From Octopus sinensis (taxonomy: Eukaryota), in assembly GCF_006345805.1 (NCBI RefSeq), contig NC_042997.1, forward strand, positions 194,494,001 through 194,558,000: a DNA stretch of 64,000 bases, written 5' to 3'. Position numbers and translations under genes: made by a program. The first letter of the stretch is position 1. Each line of letters begins with the position of its first letter. Below the pieces are notes generated by a model. That model had not been told where the DNA came from. It worked only from the letters and a program-made list of their open reading frames with translations, and searched no databases. Below, piece by piece: positions 1 to 10,616 of this stretch.

Positions 1-818
1 TTGCGGTGCAGTTTAGCCAAATTCGGGTATCTTATAGTCGTGATTCATATCGAGCCGTCTGAGTATTAGCGCGCGTCTACGATGAGTCTACGATTTAAAA
101 ATAATTTAACATCATTTTTTATTCCATTTAATGCATAATTTTTCGTGTGTCGATGGTGGCGGAGTTGGCGTCCATGGTCACACCTGCACATGTTTGCTCT
201 CCACCTTCTTCCATCCCTCCCGTGAAGCTGCGGGGAAGGGAGTGTAAGAAATCAACGTCGTAAAGAGCGTTGTCAAGGAGACCAGCGTTATTTTAGAACA
301 ACGACTTCATGGCTTGAAGACACCAAAAAAAGAAATGGCTAAGAAAAGCCCGAATTGGCATCTATAAGGGAAGTAACTCTCTAAAAATGCTTATATAGTT
401 ATTTCCCTTACAAACCCGAGCAACGCCGGGCAATAGCTATGTATCTTTATATATAAAAGTGAGGTTGTTGGTGTCTGTCTCCTACGATTTAGATTCCTAA
501 CTACTCCCACATTTGCGTTGCAGTTTGAACCAAAACCGGGTATCTTATGGTCGTGAGTCATATCGAGCATTTCTGGTATTAGCGCAGTCACGATGAGTCC
601 ACGATTTAAAAAAAAATTACCATCATTTTTTCCATTTTAATGCATTTTTTTCGCTATTATATAAGGGAAGTTAACTCTCTAAAAATGTCAACGATTTAAA
701 AAAAAATTTACCATCATTTTTTTTCCATTTTTAATGCATTTTTTGCTATTTTTTTGGCTATAACTCTCTAATATAGTATTTCCCTTACAAACCGAGCAAC
801 GCGGGCGATACTGATAGT
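1..818 (+). mobile_element. Two head-to-tail non-autonomous Helitrons (left one truncated by the window edge); error-rich copy of 12973-13880
   Basis: 3' hairpin CCCGAGCAACGCCGGG followed by a degenerate CTAG end, twice. The second unit starts TCTTTATATATAAAAG. Colinear with 12973-13880. Confidence 0.75.
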
Positions 819-828
819 ATATATATGA

Positions 829-928
829 NNNNNNNNNNNNNNNNNNNNNNNNNNNNNNNNNNNNNNNNNNNNNNNNNNNNNNNNNNNNNNNNNNNNNNNN
901 NNNNNNNNNNNNNNNNNNNNNNNNNNNN
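829..928. other. Scaffold gap (100 N)
   Basis: Run of exactly 100 N. Confidence 0.99.
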
Positions 929-2624
929 CTGTGGCCATGCTGGAGCACCACCTTGAAGGGTTTTACTTGAATAAATCAACCCCAGTATATCTTTTATCTT
1001 TTACTTGTTTCAGTCAATGGACTGTGGCCATGCTGGAGCACCACCTTGAAGTGTTTTACTTGAAAATAAATCACCCCAGTATATCTTTTATCTTTTACTT
1101 GTTTCAGTCAATGGACTGTGGCCATGCTGGAGCACCACCTTGAAGTGTTTTACTTGAATAAATCAACCCCAGTATATCTTTTATCTTTTACTTGTTTCAG
1201 TCAATGGACTGTGGCCATGCTGGAGCACCACCTTGAAGTGTTTTACTTGAATAAATCAACCCCAGTATATCTTTTATCTTTTACTTGTTTCAGTCAATGG
1301 ACTGTGGCCATGCTGGGGCACCACCTTGAAGGGTTTTACTTGAACAAATCAACCCCAGTATATCTTTTATCTTTTACTTGTTTCAGTCAATGAACTGTGG
1401 CCATGCTGGAGCACCACTTGAAGGGTTTTACTTGAATAAATCAACCCAGTATATCTTTTATCTTTTACTTGTTTCAGTCAATGGACTGTGGCCATGCTGG
1501 AGCACCACCTTGAAGGTTTTTACTTGAATAAATCAACCCCAGTATATCTTTTATCTTTTACTTGTTTCAGTCAATGGACTGTGGCCATGCTGGAGCACCA
1601 CCTTGAAGGGTTTTACTTGAACAAATCAACCCCAGTATATCTTTTATCTTTTACTTGTTTCAGTCAATGAACTGTGGCCATGCTGGAGCACCACCTTGAA
1701 GGGTTTTACTTGAATAAATCAACCCCAGTATATCTTTTATCTTTTACTTGTTTCAGTCAATGGACTGTGGCCATGCTGGGGCACCACCTTGAAGGTTTTA
1801 CTTGAATAAATCAACCCTAGTATATCTTTTATCTTTACTGTTTCAGTCAATGGACTGTGGCCATGCTGGAGCACCACCTTGAAGGTTTTACTTGAACAAA
1901 TCAACTCCAGTATATCTTTTATCTTTTACTTGTTTCAGTCAATGGACTGTGGCCATGCTGGAGCACCACCTTGAAGGTTTTTACTTGAATAAATCAACCC
2001 AGTATATCTTTTATCTTTTACTTGTTTCAGTCAATGGACTGTGGCCATGCTGGAGCACCACCTTGAAGGGTTTTACTTGAACAAATCAACCCCAGTATAT
2101 CTTTTATCTTTTACTTGTTTCAGTCAATGGACTGTGGCCATGCTGGAGCACCACCTTGAAGGGTTTTACTTGAATAAATCAACCCCAGTATATCTTTTAT
2201 CTTTTACTTGTTTCAGTCAATGGACTGTGGCCATGCTGGGGCACCACCTTGAAGGTTTTTACTTGAACAAATCAACCCCAGTATATCTTTTATCTTTTAC
2301 TTGTTTCAGTGAATTGACTGTGGCCATGCTGGAGCACCACCTTGAAGGGTTTTACTTGAACAAATCAACCCCAGTATATCTTTTATCTTTTACTTGTTTC
2401 AGTCAATGGACTGTGGCCATGCTGGGGCACCACCTTGAAGGTTTTTACTTGAATAAATCAACCCCAGTATATCTTTTATCTTTTACTTGTTTCAGTCAGT
2501 CAATGGACTGTGGCCATGCTGGAGCACCACCTTAAGGATTTTACTTGAACAAATCAACCCCAGTATATCTGTTATCTTTTACTTGTTTCAGTCAATGGAC
2601 TGTGACCATACTGGGGCACCACCT
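929..2624 (-). repeat. Tandem array of ~18 x 93-bp units derived from the 3' tail of SINE family A
   Basis: The unit CTGTGGCCATGCTGGAGCACCACCTTGAAGGG...TCTTTTACTTGTTTCAGTCAATGGA recurs at 929, 1022, etc. It is the reverse complement of the SINE tail GGTGCTCCAGCATGGCC-CAGTC..GACTGAAACAAGTAAAAGA. Confidence 0.93.
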
Positions 2625-2738
2625 AACGGTTCTCAACCTGGTTCCATATAACCCTTGGGGCTCCATATTAAGATTCTGTTGTTAAAATTTGCGCAATCAA
2701 CTGGTTTTACTTTTACGATACACAAAATATTTTAATAA

Positions 2739-3136
2739 TCTCTCTCTATATATAAAGCAGAAGTTATTTGTGTGTGGCAGGTTTGGTAGCCTTCAACTAA
2801 CACTATCTCTTCTGAGACCCTGCAGCGCAAGTTGACCAAAATTGAGAGTATGATAGAAGAAGGCTTGCTCTTCATTCCGTAGAAGAAAAAATTCAAATCG
2901 GACCATGTTAACACCAAAAATTATGTACATCAAAAAGGTGCTTTTTTTTTTCTATGAAAATCCCTATTTTTTTACTATTTTTTGACTGCTGTGTTGCTAT
3001 TTTTCGGTGTATTTCAACCAGGAAAATGTTCACTTAAAGAGAATAACATGCTACATAATGCAAAATTTTTACTTTTCAAAAATTCCTATTCTAAAGGGTC
3101 GAAACAAACCCGAGCAACGCCGGGCAATACTGCTAG
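2739..3136 (+). mobile_element. Non-autonomous Helitron, type I internal sequence
   Basis: 5' TC(TC)n TATATATAAAG, 3' CCCGAGCAACGCCGGG hairpin plus CTAG. Other copies at 60390-60784 and, partially and inverted, 9070-9192. Confidence 0.8.
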
Positions 3137-3137
3137 A

Positions 3138-3534
3138 TCTTTATATATAAAAGTCAAGTTGTGTGTCTGTCTCCTACGATTTAGATTCCTAACTACTCCC
3201 TCATTTTGCGGTGCAGTTTAACCAAAACCGGGTATCTTATAGTCGTGATTCATATCGAGCCCTTCTGGGTATTAGCGCGCGTCTACGATGAGTCTACGAT
3301 TTTAAAAAAATTTATCATCATTTTTTTCCATTTTAATGCATTTTTTCGCTATTATATAAGGGAAGTAACTCTCTAAAAATATCTACGATGAGTCAACGAT
3401 TTAAAAAAAATTTACCATCATTTTTTTTTCCATTTTTAATGCATTTTTTTGCTATTTTTTGGCTATAACTCTCTAAAAATGCTTATATAGTTATTTCCCT
3501 TACAAATCCGAGCAACGCCGGGTGATACTGCTAG
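3138..3534 (+). mobile_element. Non-autonomous Helitron, type II internal sequence
   Basis: 5' TCTTTATATATAAAAG, 3' CCGAGCAACGCCGGG..CTGCTAG|T. Homologous to 13416-13869. Confidence 0.8.
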
Positions 3535-3586
3535 TTTTAAATAAAATTCCTAATACTATTATAGAACTTTTTAAACATTGAATGGC

Positions 3587-4306
3587 TGTGAGTGTCAGTA
3601 ATGGTTGGTATTCGTTACAGTCGAGGGTCAACAATTGCAACGGTTGTTGTTAAGGTGTTGGTTGCTAGTGTGCAAGATGGAAGAAAGAACAGTGATCGAA
3701 GTTGTAAAGAAATATTTATTTACCGTTACTTTAATATATGTCATACCACGACGGATAGGCTAGTGTAATAGGATAAACACAGTTCGTAAAGCATGCAAGG
3801 TAAAGACAGTTAATTCCGGCCTGTATATGTGTGTACACGATCTCATAGTAGTACATATAGAGAGATATGGTAATGTTACAGAGAAAAGAAAGTTAGTGAA
3901 AGTAAGAGTGGTGGGACGAAATAACTGTTTCGTTGGTGAGTTACCATAGTTGTCTCTCTGTGAGTTTTCTTCAGAGACGGCCTTTTGTTCAGCCGGTCAG
4001 CCAGACTTTGGCTTACGGAGTTCTTTTTATAACTATCCAAAACCAGTCAGAAGGATAGACATATTGTTGAGAACAATAGATTTCGTTGGCGGTCTGTTAT
4101 CTCTATTCTAGCTTTTGGTGACCTGGAAGAGGTTAGAAGGGTCAAGCGGCAAAGACATTATTCTGCTTGGCGAAGGCATCTGGCAAATGTACCTGCTGTC
4201 ACTCACAGAAAAATTGTTTTACCGTGAGAAAAGTACAGTTAAACTGTTAAGTGAAATTTGGTGATCGAGGATCGAATCCACGCTATGCCTGCATGAAGCC
4301 ACTACA
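3587..4306 (-). mobile_element. Possible solo LTR
   Basis: ~720-bp non-coding insert with TGT...ACA-type ends inside the MITE and a minus-strand AATAAA near 3715-3720. No clear TSD, so the boundaries are uncertain. Confidence 0.3.
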
Positions 4307-4368
4307 AGTCCGCCCGAATATAAGAGGAATCAAGGGGTAAAAAATGGTTGAGAACCAATGATTTAAAC

Positions 4369-4554
4369 CAGTGATTCCCAACCTTTTTTATATCCCGCCC
4401 CCTAAAACTTTTAATATGTTCTCTCACCCCTAAAAGTAATAATTTTTATAAGAATAAAGGTGCCTGGGGCAATTGCCCTCTTTGGTTCCCTATAAATCCG
4501 GCCCTGCTCGCACCCCCTGCAATGCTATCTCGCACCCCTGGTTAGGAAATCCTG
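4369..4554. mobile_element. hAT-like MITE
   Basis: Imperfect TIRs CAGTGATTCCCAACC / GGTTAGGAAATCCTG. 8-bp flanks ATTTAAAC / GTTTAGAT. Confidence 0.55.
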
Positions 4555-4574
4555 GTTTAGATGAAGGAATTGAC

Positions 4575-4875
4575 TCCAGTACATATTTTAAAATCTTGTA
4601 CTTATTCTATCAGTTACTTTTGCTGAATCGCTAATTACGGGGACGTAAGCTAACCAACACCGATTGTCAAGTGGTGACAGTGACACACACACGTGTACAT
4701 ACCTACAAAGACAACGGGTTTCTTGCAATCTCCGTCTACCAAATCCTCTCACAAGATATTGGGTTCCACCTCGGGCTATAATGGAAGACGCTTGCTCATG
4801 GCACCGCGCAGGGGGACCGAACCTGAAACCGAGCGGTTGCAAAGCGAGCTTCTTAAACCTCATAGCCATGCCTGT
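4575..4875 (-). mobile_element. SINE family A, diverged copy
   Basis: Matches the reverse complement of the family A copies (CCGTCTACCAAATCC, GAAGACGCTTGCTC). Confidence 0.7.
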
Positions 4876-5061
4876 ATGATTTTTTTTTTGTGGTTGTTAA
4901 GCAACAAGACGGGTACAGGTGATTAGGTGATGGTCTAGGGCTTAGGGGCGGGAGACCCCAGATCTTGGAAAAATAAACAACTTCAGTCGTCTTGTTGTCG
5001 TCGAGGGCTCTTCGTTGACGACCGACACCACTGGGAGGTGGCCCTCGAAGTCGCTGGAAAT

Positions 5062-5207
5062 GGAGATCTCTAGGTTCAAATTCTTGAACGGCTGCTGTTG
5101 CTGTTGAGCAAAGCGGTCTTCGTCCCAGAGCTCGCAAGATCGCGCCGCTGTAGTGGGAGAAGTCCGAAACGTGGTCCTTTGCTATTCGTAAGACCCGCAG
5201 AAGAGAA
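5062..5207. repeat. Dispersed GC-richer repeat fragment, also at 12066-12208
   Basis: GAGATCTCTAGGTTCAAATTCTTGAACGGCTG...GTAAGACCCG is nearly identical at both loci. Family not identified. Confidence 0.7.
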
Positions 5208-5289
5208 AGCAAGTCACCCCCCCCCCCCGATACCGAGAGCATCGACGGATGGATGAATGCTCATCCAGGCTCAGCGGTTGCGTAGGAAG

Positions 5290-5582
5290 TCGGAGAGGAC
5301 AAGAAACAGGAAGAAAGAGTGAGTGAAAGTTGGAGCGAAAGAGTACAACAGGAGTCGCCACAAGTCGGGGACAAGAAACAGGAAGAAAGAGTGAGAGAAT
5401 GTTGGGGGCGAAAGAGTACAACAGGGGTCGAAACCCCCACCCTACCCCACCCCCTGTCGGAGCCTCGTGGAGCTTTTAAGTGTTTTCGCTCAATAAACAC
5501 ACACAACGCCCGGTCTGGGAATCGAAACCGCGATCCTCCGACCGCGAGTCCGCTGCCCTAACCACTGGGCCATTGCGCCTCT
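5290..5582 (-). mobile_element. tRNA-derived SINE family E
   Basis: The minus strand reads GAGGCGCAATGGCCCAGTGGTTAGGGCAGCGGACTCGCGG..GGTTTCGATTCCC (A and B boxes). Same head at 40645 and 61315. Confidence 0.75.
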
Positions 5583-5886
5583 GTTGTTGCTGTTGCTTCT
5601 GTCGTTATTGCTGCTGTTGCTGTTGTTCTTGTTGTTTTTTGCCTTAGGGCAGCAAAGATCAAACAGGTTTATGATCAAAGGTATCCTTGCTATGATTAAA
5701 CTATCCCGGTTTCTTTTTAAACTACGTACAGATATCTGTATTATTAACCAATCTGACCTGTCTGCTGCTCCCTTGTTATTGTTATTGTTGTTGTCGTCGT
5801 CGCCGGCGCTGTTGCTATTGTTATTCTTTAGCCGAGTGTTGTGAAGGCGCGTGGCTTTGTGGTTACGGTATTCTGCTTGCGAATAA

Positions 5887-6773
5887 GGCGGCGAGCTGGC
5901 AGAAACGTTAGCACACCGGGCGAAATGCTAAACGGTGTTTCGTCTGCCGCTACGTTCTGAGTTCAAATTCCACCGAGGTCGACTTTGCCTTTCATCCTTC
6001 CGGAGTCGATTAAATAAGTACCAGTTACGCACTGGGGTCGATATAATCGACTTAATACCTATGTTTGTCCTCTCTGTGTTTAGCCCCTTGTGGGTAATAA
6101 AGAAATAGGTATTTCGTCTGCCATTACGCTGTGAGTTCAAATTCCGCCGAGGTCGACTTTACCTTTCATCCTTTCGGGATCGATAACTTAAGTGCCAGTT
6201 ATGCACTGGGGTCGATGTAATCGACTTAATACCTATGTCTGTCCTTGTTTGTCTCCTCTGTGTTTAGCTCCTTGTGGGTAGTAAAGAAATAAAATTCTAT
6301 TTTAAAGGCGGCGAGCAGGCAGAAACGTTAGCACGCCGGGCGAAATGCTTTGTGGTATTTCGTCTGCCGTTACGTTCAGAGTTCAAATTCCACCGAGGTC
6401 GACTTTGCCTTTCATCTTTTCGGGGTCGATAAATTAAGTACCAGTTACGCACTGGGGTCGATGTAATCCACTTAATACCTATGTCTGTCCTTGTTTAGCC
6501 CCTTGTGGGTAATAAAGAAATAGGTATTCTGCTGGCGATTAAGGAGGCGAGCTGGCAGAAACGTTAGCACACCGGGCGAACTGCTTAGCGGTATTCCGTC
6601 AACCGTTACATCCTGAGTTCAAATTCCGCCGAGGTCGACTTTGCCTTTCCTCCTTTCGGGGTCGATGAATTAAGTACCAGTTACGCACTGGGGTCAATGT
6701 AATCGACTTAATCCGTTTGTCTGTTCTTGTTTGTACTCTCTGTGTTTAGCACCTTGTGGGTAATAAAGAAATA
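5887..6773 (+). mobile_element. Cluster of four SINE family B units (three full, one headless)
   Basis: GGCGGCGAGCTGGCAGAAACGTTAGC head, GAGTTCAAATTCC B-box, CTTTCATCCTTTCGGGGTCGATAAATTAAGTACCAG core (resembles the Meta SINE domain, from memory) and AAAGAAATA end. Confidence 0.88.
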
Positions 6774-6890
6774 GGTATTCTGCTTGTGATTGTAAGGTTG
6801 TGAGTTCGATTCCTGACAGCCTCTTGTGTCATTGAGCAATGCACTTTATTTCACGTGGCTCCGGTCCACTCAGCTGGCAAAAATGAATTG

Positions 6891-7574
6891 GGTTAATGTT
6901 TACATCTTGACCCGAAAATGAAAATCCAAAAAATATACTGGAATGGATGTTAAACAATGTGTAGGAAACGAATATGAAAAAAAAATGCGTGCAAAGCAAC
7001 GGGAAGGTGGGGAGAGGACTTCGGAAAATTCACAAGATCCGAGCTTTTCCCTCATAACTTTTGGGAAAATGGGGGGTTTTTTTTCAATGAAATTTTATAG
7101 AAATACCTTTCAAACGGCATACATTACGATTATAAAGAAATTTGTGGGGAAAATGTTTTCCAAGGGGATGAGGAGAGGACTGCTGTTTGAAAGGTATTTC
7201 TATAAAATTTCATTGAAAAAAAAACCTATTTTCCTAAAAGTTACGAGAGAAAAGCTCGGATCTTGTGAATTTTCCGAAGTCCTATCCTCACCCTCTTGGA
7301 AAAGATTTCCCCCACAAATTTCTTTATAATCCTAATGTATGCCGTTTGAAAGGTATTTCTATAAATTCTCATTGAAAAAACCCATTTTCCTAAAAATTAC
7401 GAGGGAAAAGCTAGGATCTTGTGAATATTCCGAAGTCCTTTCCCCACCCTCCCGTTGCTTTGCACGCATTTTTTTTTTTCATATTTTTCATATTCGTTTC
7501 CTACACATTGTTTTACACCCATTCCAGGATATGTTTTGGATTTTCATTGCCGGGTCAAGATGTAAATATTAACC
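6891..7574. mobile_element. Fold-back MITE, Merlin-like (GG...CC ends, 8-bp TSD)
   Basis: Long inverted arms GGTTAATGTTTACATCTTGACCCG / CGGGTCAAGATGTAAATATTAACC. Perfect TSD ATGAATTG at 6883-6890 and 7575-7582. Confidence 0.85.
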
Positions 7575-7631
7575 ATGAATTGTTTCTGTAATTCAAAGGG
7601 ACAGCCTTGTCACATTGTGTCACACTAAATC

Positions 7632-8388
7632 GGCGAAGGTAAAGCGCGTGCACACCACCCATTTCCGATGGGGTGTTTTCTCTTAATTTTTTTTTCGGAT
7701 TTCTATATTTTCGATATAGGAGAATACGATTTTGCCCAAAATTCACATTTTCAAAATTTTAAAACACCACCACCACCACCAAAAAAATTTCTTAATTTTA
7801 AAATTTTTCTCAAATTCTTTTTTCTTTTTAATCCTACGTATAAAAATACAGAGTTTATAAAACATCTTTTTCTCTTGGCTTTATTGAGAAAATTCTATAG
7901 TTTGTAAGATATTTATTGTTTTCTTTCTTCAATTTCTGCAATCTCAACCAATCAATGACGTCTGTTGAGGTGAAAACATTTTGTGCCGTATGAATATGTC
8001 CCTCGTTTAAGAAACAGATTGGGTTTATTTACATTTCTGAAGAAAAAAAGATACCCTTCACCCCACCCCTAACCCTAAAACAGATTGAAATGCAATAGAT
8101 CGATACTAGGGTCATAATTATGAGTGACAATTTCATATGACACTGCTGGAAAAAACTGCCGTTCAAACCGAAAAGATCCCTTTTTTTCTTTTTAATCCAC
8201 GTATAAAAATACAGAGATTACGAATCTGGATATTTTTGTTACTTTAAATTTTAATTTTCCTTAAAGAAACACTCAAGGCCCTTTCCTTCACGTCGCGCAC
8301 CCATTACCTCTTCGCTTTGAAAAAGCTAAAAATGCCAGATGTTTCACTTTCGTTTAAATGGATGGTGTGCACGCGCTTTACCTTCGCC
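7632..8388. mobile_element. MITE, Merlin-like, containing a nested fragment of the GGATCTTTTCGG MITE
   Basis: TIR GGCGAAGGTAAAGCGCGTGCACACCA / TGGTGTGCACGCGCTTTACCTTCGCC. TSD ACTAAATC / ACTGAATC. 7850-8179 matches 43388-43797 inverted. Confidence 0.85.
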
Positions 8389-8639
8389 ACTGAATCTCCC
8401 TGAGAACTACTTTAAGGATACACATGTCTGTTCGGTTGATCGGATCAACTGCAACAGTTGTCGTCGTGACTGGTGGGAAACCAGGTTAGCTTAGTGGTTC
8501 TGAACATAACACCAGCGTCCGCCACTAAACCATTAGAGATATATTCCCCTGTCTACACACACAAATTATTAATGAGAAGACAAAATACACTTTACGTCGT
8601 CTTCGCAATGACGTTGGACAAGTATAAAAGTATCGAAAC

Positions 8640-9051
8640 TCTCTTACTCTCTTACTTGTTTCAGTCATTTGACTGCGGCCATGCTGGAGCACCGCCTTTA
8701 GTCGAGCAAATCGACCCCGGGACTTATTCTTTGTAAGCCCAGTACTTATTCTATCGGTCTCTTTTTGCCGAAACGCTAAGTGACGGGGACGTAAGCACAC
8801 CAGCATCGGTTGTCAAGCAATGCTAGAGGGACAAACACAGACACACAAACATATACACACACACACATACATATATATACATATATACGACAGGCTTCTT
8901 TCAGTTTCCGTCTACCAAATCCACTCACAAGGCTTTGGTCGGCCCGAAGCTATAGCAGAAGACACTTGCCCAAGATGCCACGCAGTGGGACTGAACCCGG
9001 AACCATGTGGTTGGTTAGCAAGCTACTTACCACACAGCCACTCCTGCGCCT
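8640..9051 (-). mobile_element. SINE family A, full length
   Basis: Head GGCGCAGGAGTGGCTGTGTGGTAAG...GGTTCAGTCCC, central (TA/TG) microsatellite, tail GACTGAAACAAGTAAGAGAG. Confidence 0.9.
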
Positions 9052-9069
9052 CGTTATTTTTATTAAATA

Positions 9070-9192
9070 CTAGCAGTATCGCCCGGCGTTGCTCGGGTTT
9101 GTTTCGATCCTTTAGAATTGGAATTTTTGAAAAGTAAAACTTTTGCATAATTTAGCTTGTTATTCTCTTTAAGTGAACATTTTTCTGGTTGA
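9070..9192 (-). mobile_element. 3' fragment of type I non-autonomous Helitron
   Basis: CTAGCAGTATCGCCCGGCGTTGCTCGGG is the reverse complement of the Helitron 3' end. Confidence 0.75.
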
Positions 9193-9979
9193 ATTTCCAA
9201 GATATAGACCCCCAGATCATCACAGATCCTCCTCCATGTTTAACGGTTGGAAGAAGACAGTCTAGGTTAAATGCTTCTTTTGGCTGTCTCCAGACGTATA
9301 TTCGGCCGGTGGTCGGAAATAGAGTAAAGGATGACTTGTCCGATAAAACAAACGTTCTTCCACTGCTCTATGGACCAATTCAGTTGGTTTTAACTCCACT
9401 CTAAACGCTTTGAAACGTTTATTTTTGAAATTAGTGGTTTTCTGATTGCAGCCGTCTCGTGAAATCCGGTTTTGTGCAATCCCGGCGAACAGTTTTTTGT
9501 GGAAACTAGGTTCTCGAGGTGGTGATTAAGCTCTGCAGTAATTTTGGGAACTGTACTTTTGTGATCCTTTCTAACAGTTCGCGTAAGAGTCCGACGGTCC
9601 CTATCTGAAAGTTTTGGTTTTCTTCCGGAGTTTTGTTTTGATGAAGAGGTTTTTTCCCCTCTTTCTCAAAGGCAGTTATTACTTTCGAGACAGTACTTCT
9701 TGATACACCAAACATTTCGGCTGTTTTCGTTACGCCTGCCATACGAGCACCAAACATTTGACCTTTTTGACAGTCCTATAAATCCGTCATTTTAATGAAT
9801 TTTAATTACCTTTTTCTGATGATATCTGAAAAGAAACAGCAATTTTAGCAAAACATATTAAGCAACACTAATAATAAATAAAAAACATAAAAAATAAACA
9901 AGCTTTTGATGGTTTTATAGATATTTCAAAATTATGATGCTATGATGCTAGGTGTTTCCATTATTTTGTCCAACTTCTG
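9193..9979 (-). mobile_element. Tc1-like transposon, 5' part with decayed transposase
   Basis: TA-flanked TIR CAGAAGTTGGACAAAATAATGGAAACACC. The minus strand encodes GARMAGVTKTAEMFGVSRSTVSKV (HTH) and, across frameshifts, WKNVCFIGQ/SDxSSFTLF..RIYVWRQPKEAF..TVKHGGGSVMIWG (Tc1 DDE N-half). Confidence 0.9.
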
Positions 9980-9993
9980 TATATATATATATA

Positions 9994-10153
9994 CCGTATT
10001 TTAGCGTGTATAAGGAACCTTTTTTGTCAAAAATTAAGTTAAAAAATATAGGAGTTTCTTATACATGGATAGTATTATAATCCCTTACAAAACCATTTAT
10101 TCCAAATTTTAAACCCCAAAATTAGGGGATTCCTTATACACGTTAAAATACGG
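9994..10153. mobile_element. pogo/Tigger-like MITE
   Basis: TIR TACCGTATTTTAGCGTGTATAAGG / CCTTATACACGTTAAAATACGGTA in a TA run. Confidence 0.75.
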
Positions 10154-10314
10154 TATATATGAATGTTGTATGTGTTTGTTTGCTTCTCCCACACCGCTTG
10201 ATAACTGACGTTGGTTTGTTTACGTTCCTGTGACTTAACCATTCTGCAATGGAGATTAGTAGGATAAGAACCAGATTTAAAAATAAGTACTGGGGCCGAC
10301 TTATTCCATTAAAC

Positions 10315-10616
10315 CAGTGGTTTTCAACCATTTTCTATCTGTGGTCCCTTTGATCACTATTTTCTCTGGTGGACCCTAATAGCCATTCGGTGTTTAATAA
10401 CTAGTTTTATAGATAATTCTTTCAAAATTCCAATTTTGTTTTTACACATTCTCACAGATATCATATTTCAGTGACCAGAAACATATTAAACTGGACGGGA
10501 CCTTTAAGATACTACTGAGGGTCCCCAATTTACTATATTGTCTGTGGGAACCCTCCTCCTCCCAAAATATTATGGACCCTCACAGGTCATTAGGACCGCG
10601 GTAGAAAAAACTCTGG
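10315..10616. mobile_element. hAT-like MITE inserted in a SINE A tail
   Basis: CAGTGGTTTTCAACC ... GGTAGAAAAAACTCTG. SINE A sequence continues on both sides. Confidence 0.55.

Larger units (their letters stand above)
2625..4360. mobile_element. hAT-like MITE interrupted by Helitrons and an LTR-like segment
   Basis: Inverted ends CGGTTCTCAACC (2627) and GGTTGAGAACCAATG (~4346-4360). Resembles the CAGTGGTTTTCAACC element at 10315. Confidence 0.55.
5841..8490 (+). mobile_element. tRNA-derived SINE family C split by SINE B copies and two MITEs
   Basis: Head GTGAAGGCGCGTGGCT at 5841. The element resumes at 6774-6890, 7575-7631 and 8389-8490. Head homologous to 30146; tail homologous to 58740-58776 and 59857-59965. 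Confidence 0.7.

Noticed and set aside
929-2624. CRISPR-like array, or a 31-aa repeat protein (MLEHHLEGFYLNKSTPVYLLSFTCFSQWTVA)
   Set aside because: There are no unique spacers. The 93-bp unit is a multiple of 3, which creates incidental ORFs that are broken by indels, and the unit is a SINE tail.
8473-9137. Recurrent peptides such as SFDCGHAGAPP, FRLPNPLTRLWS and DTCPRCHAVGLNPEPCGW
   Set aside because: They are incidental reading frames of SINE A, repeated wherever the SINE occurs.
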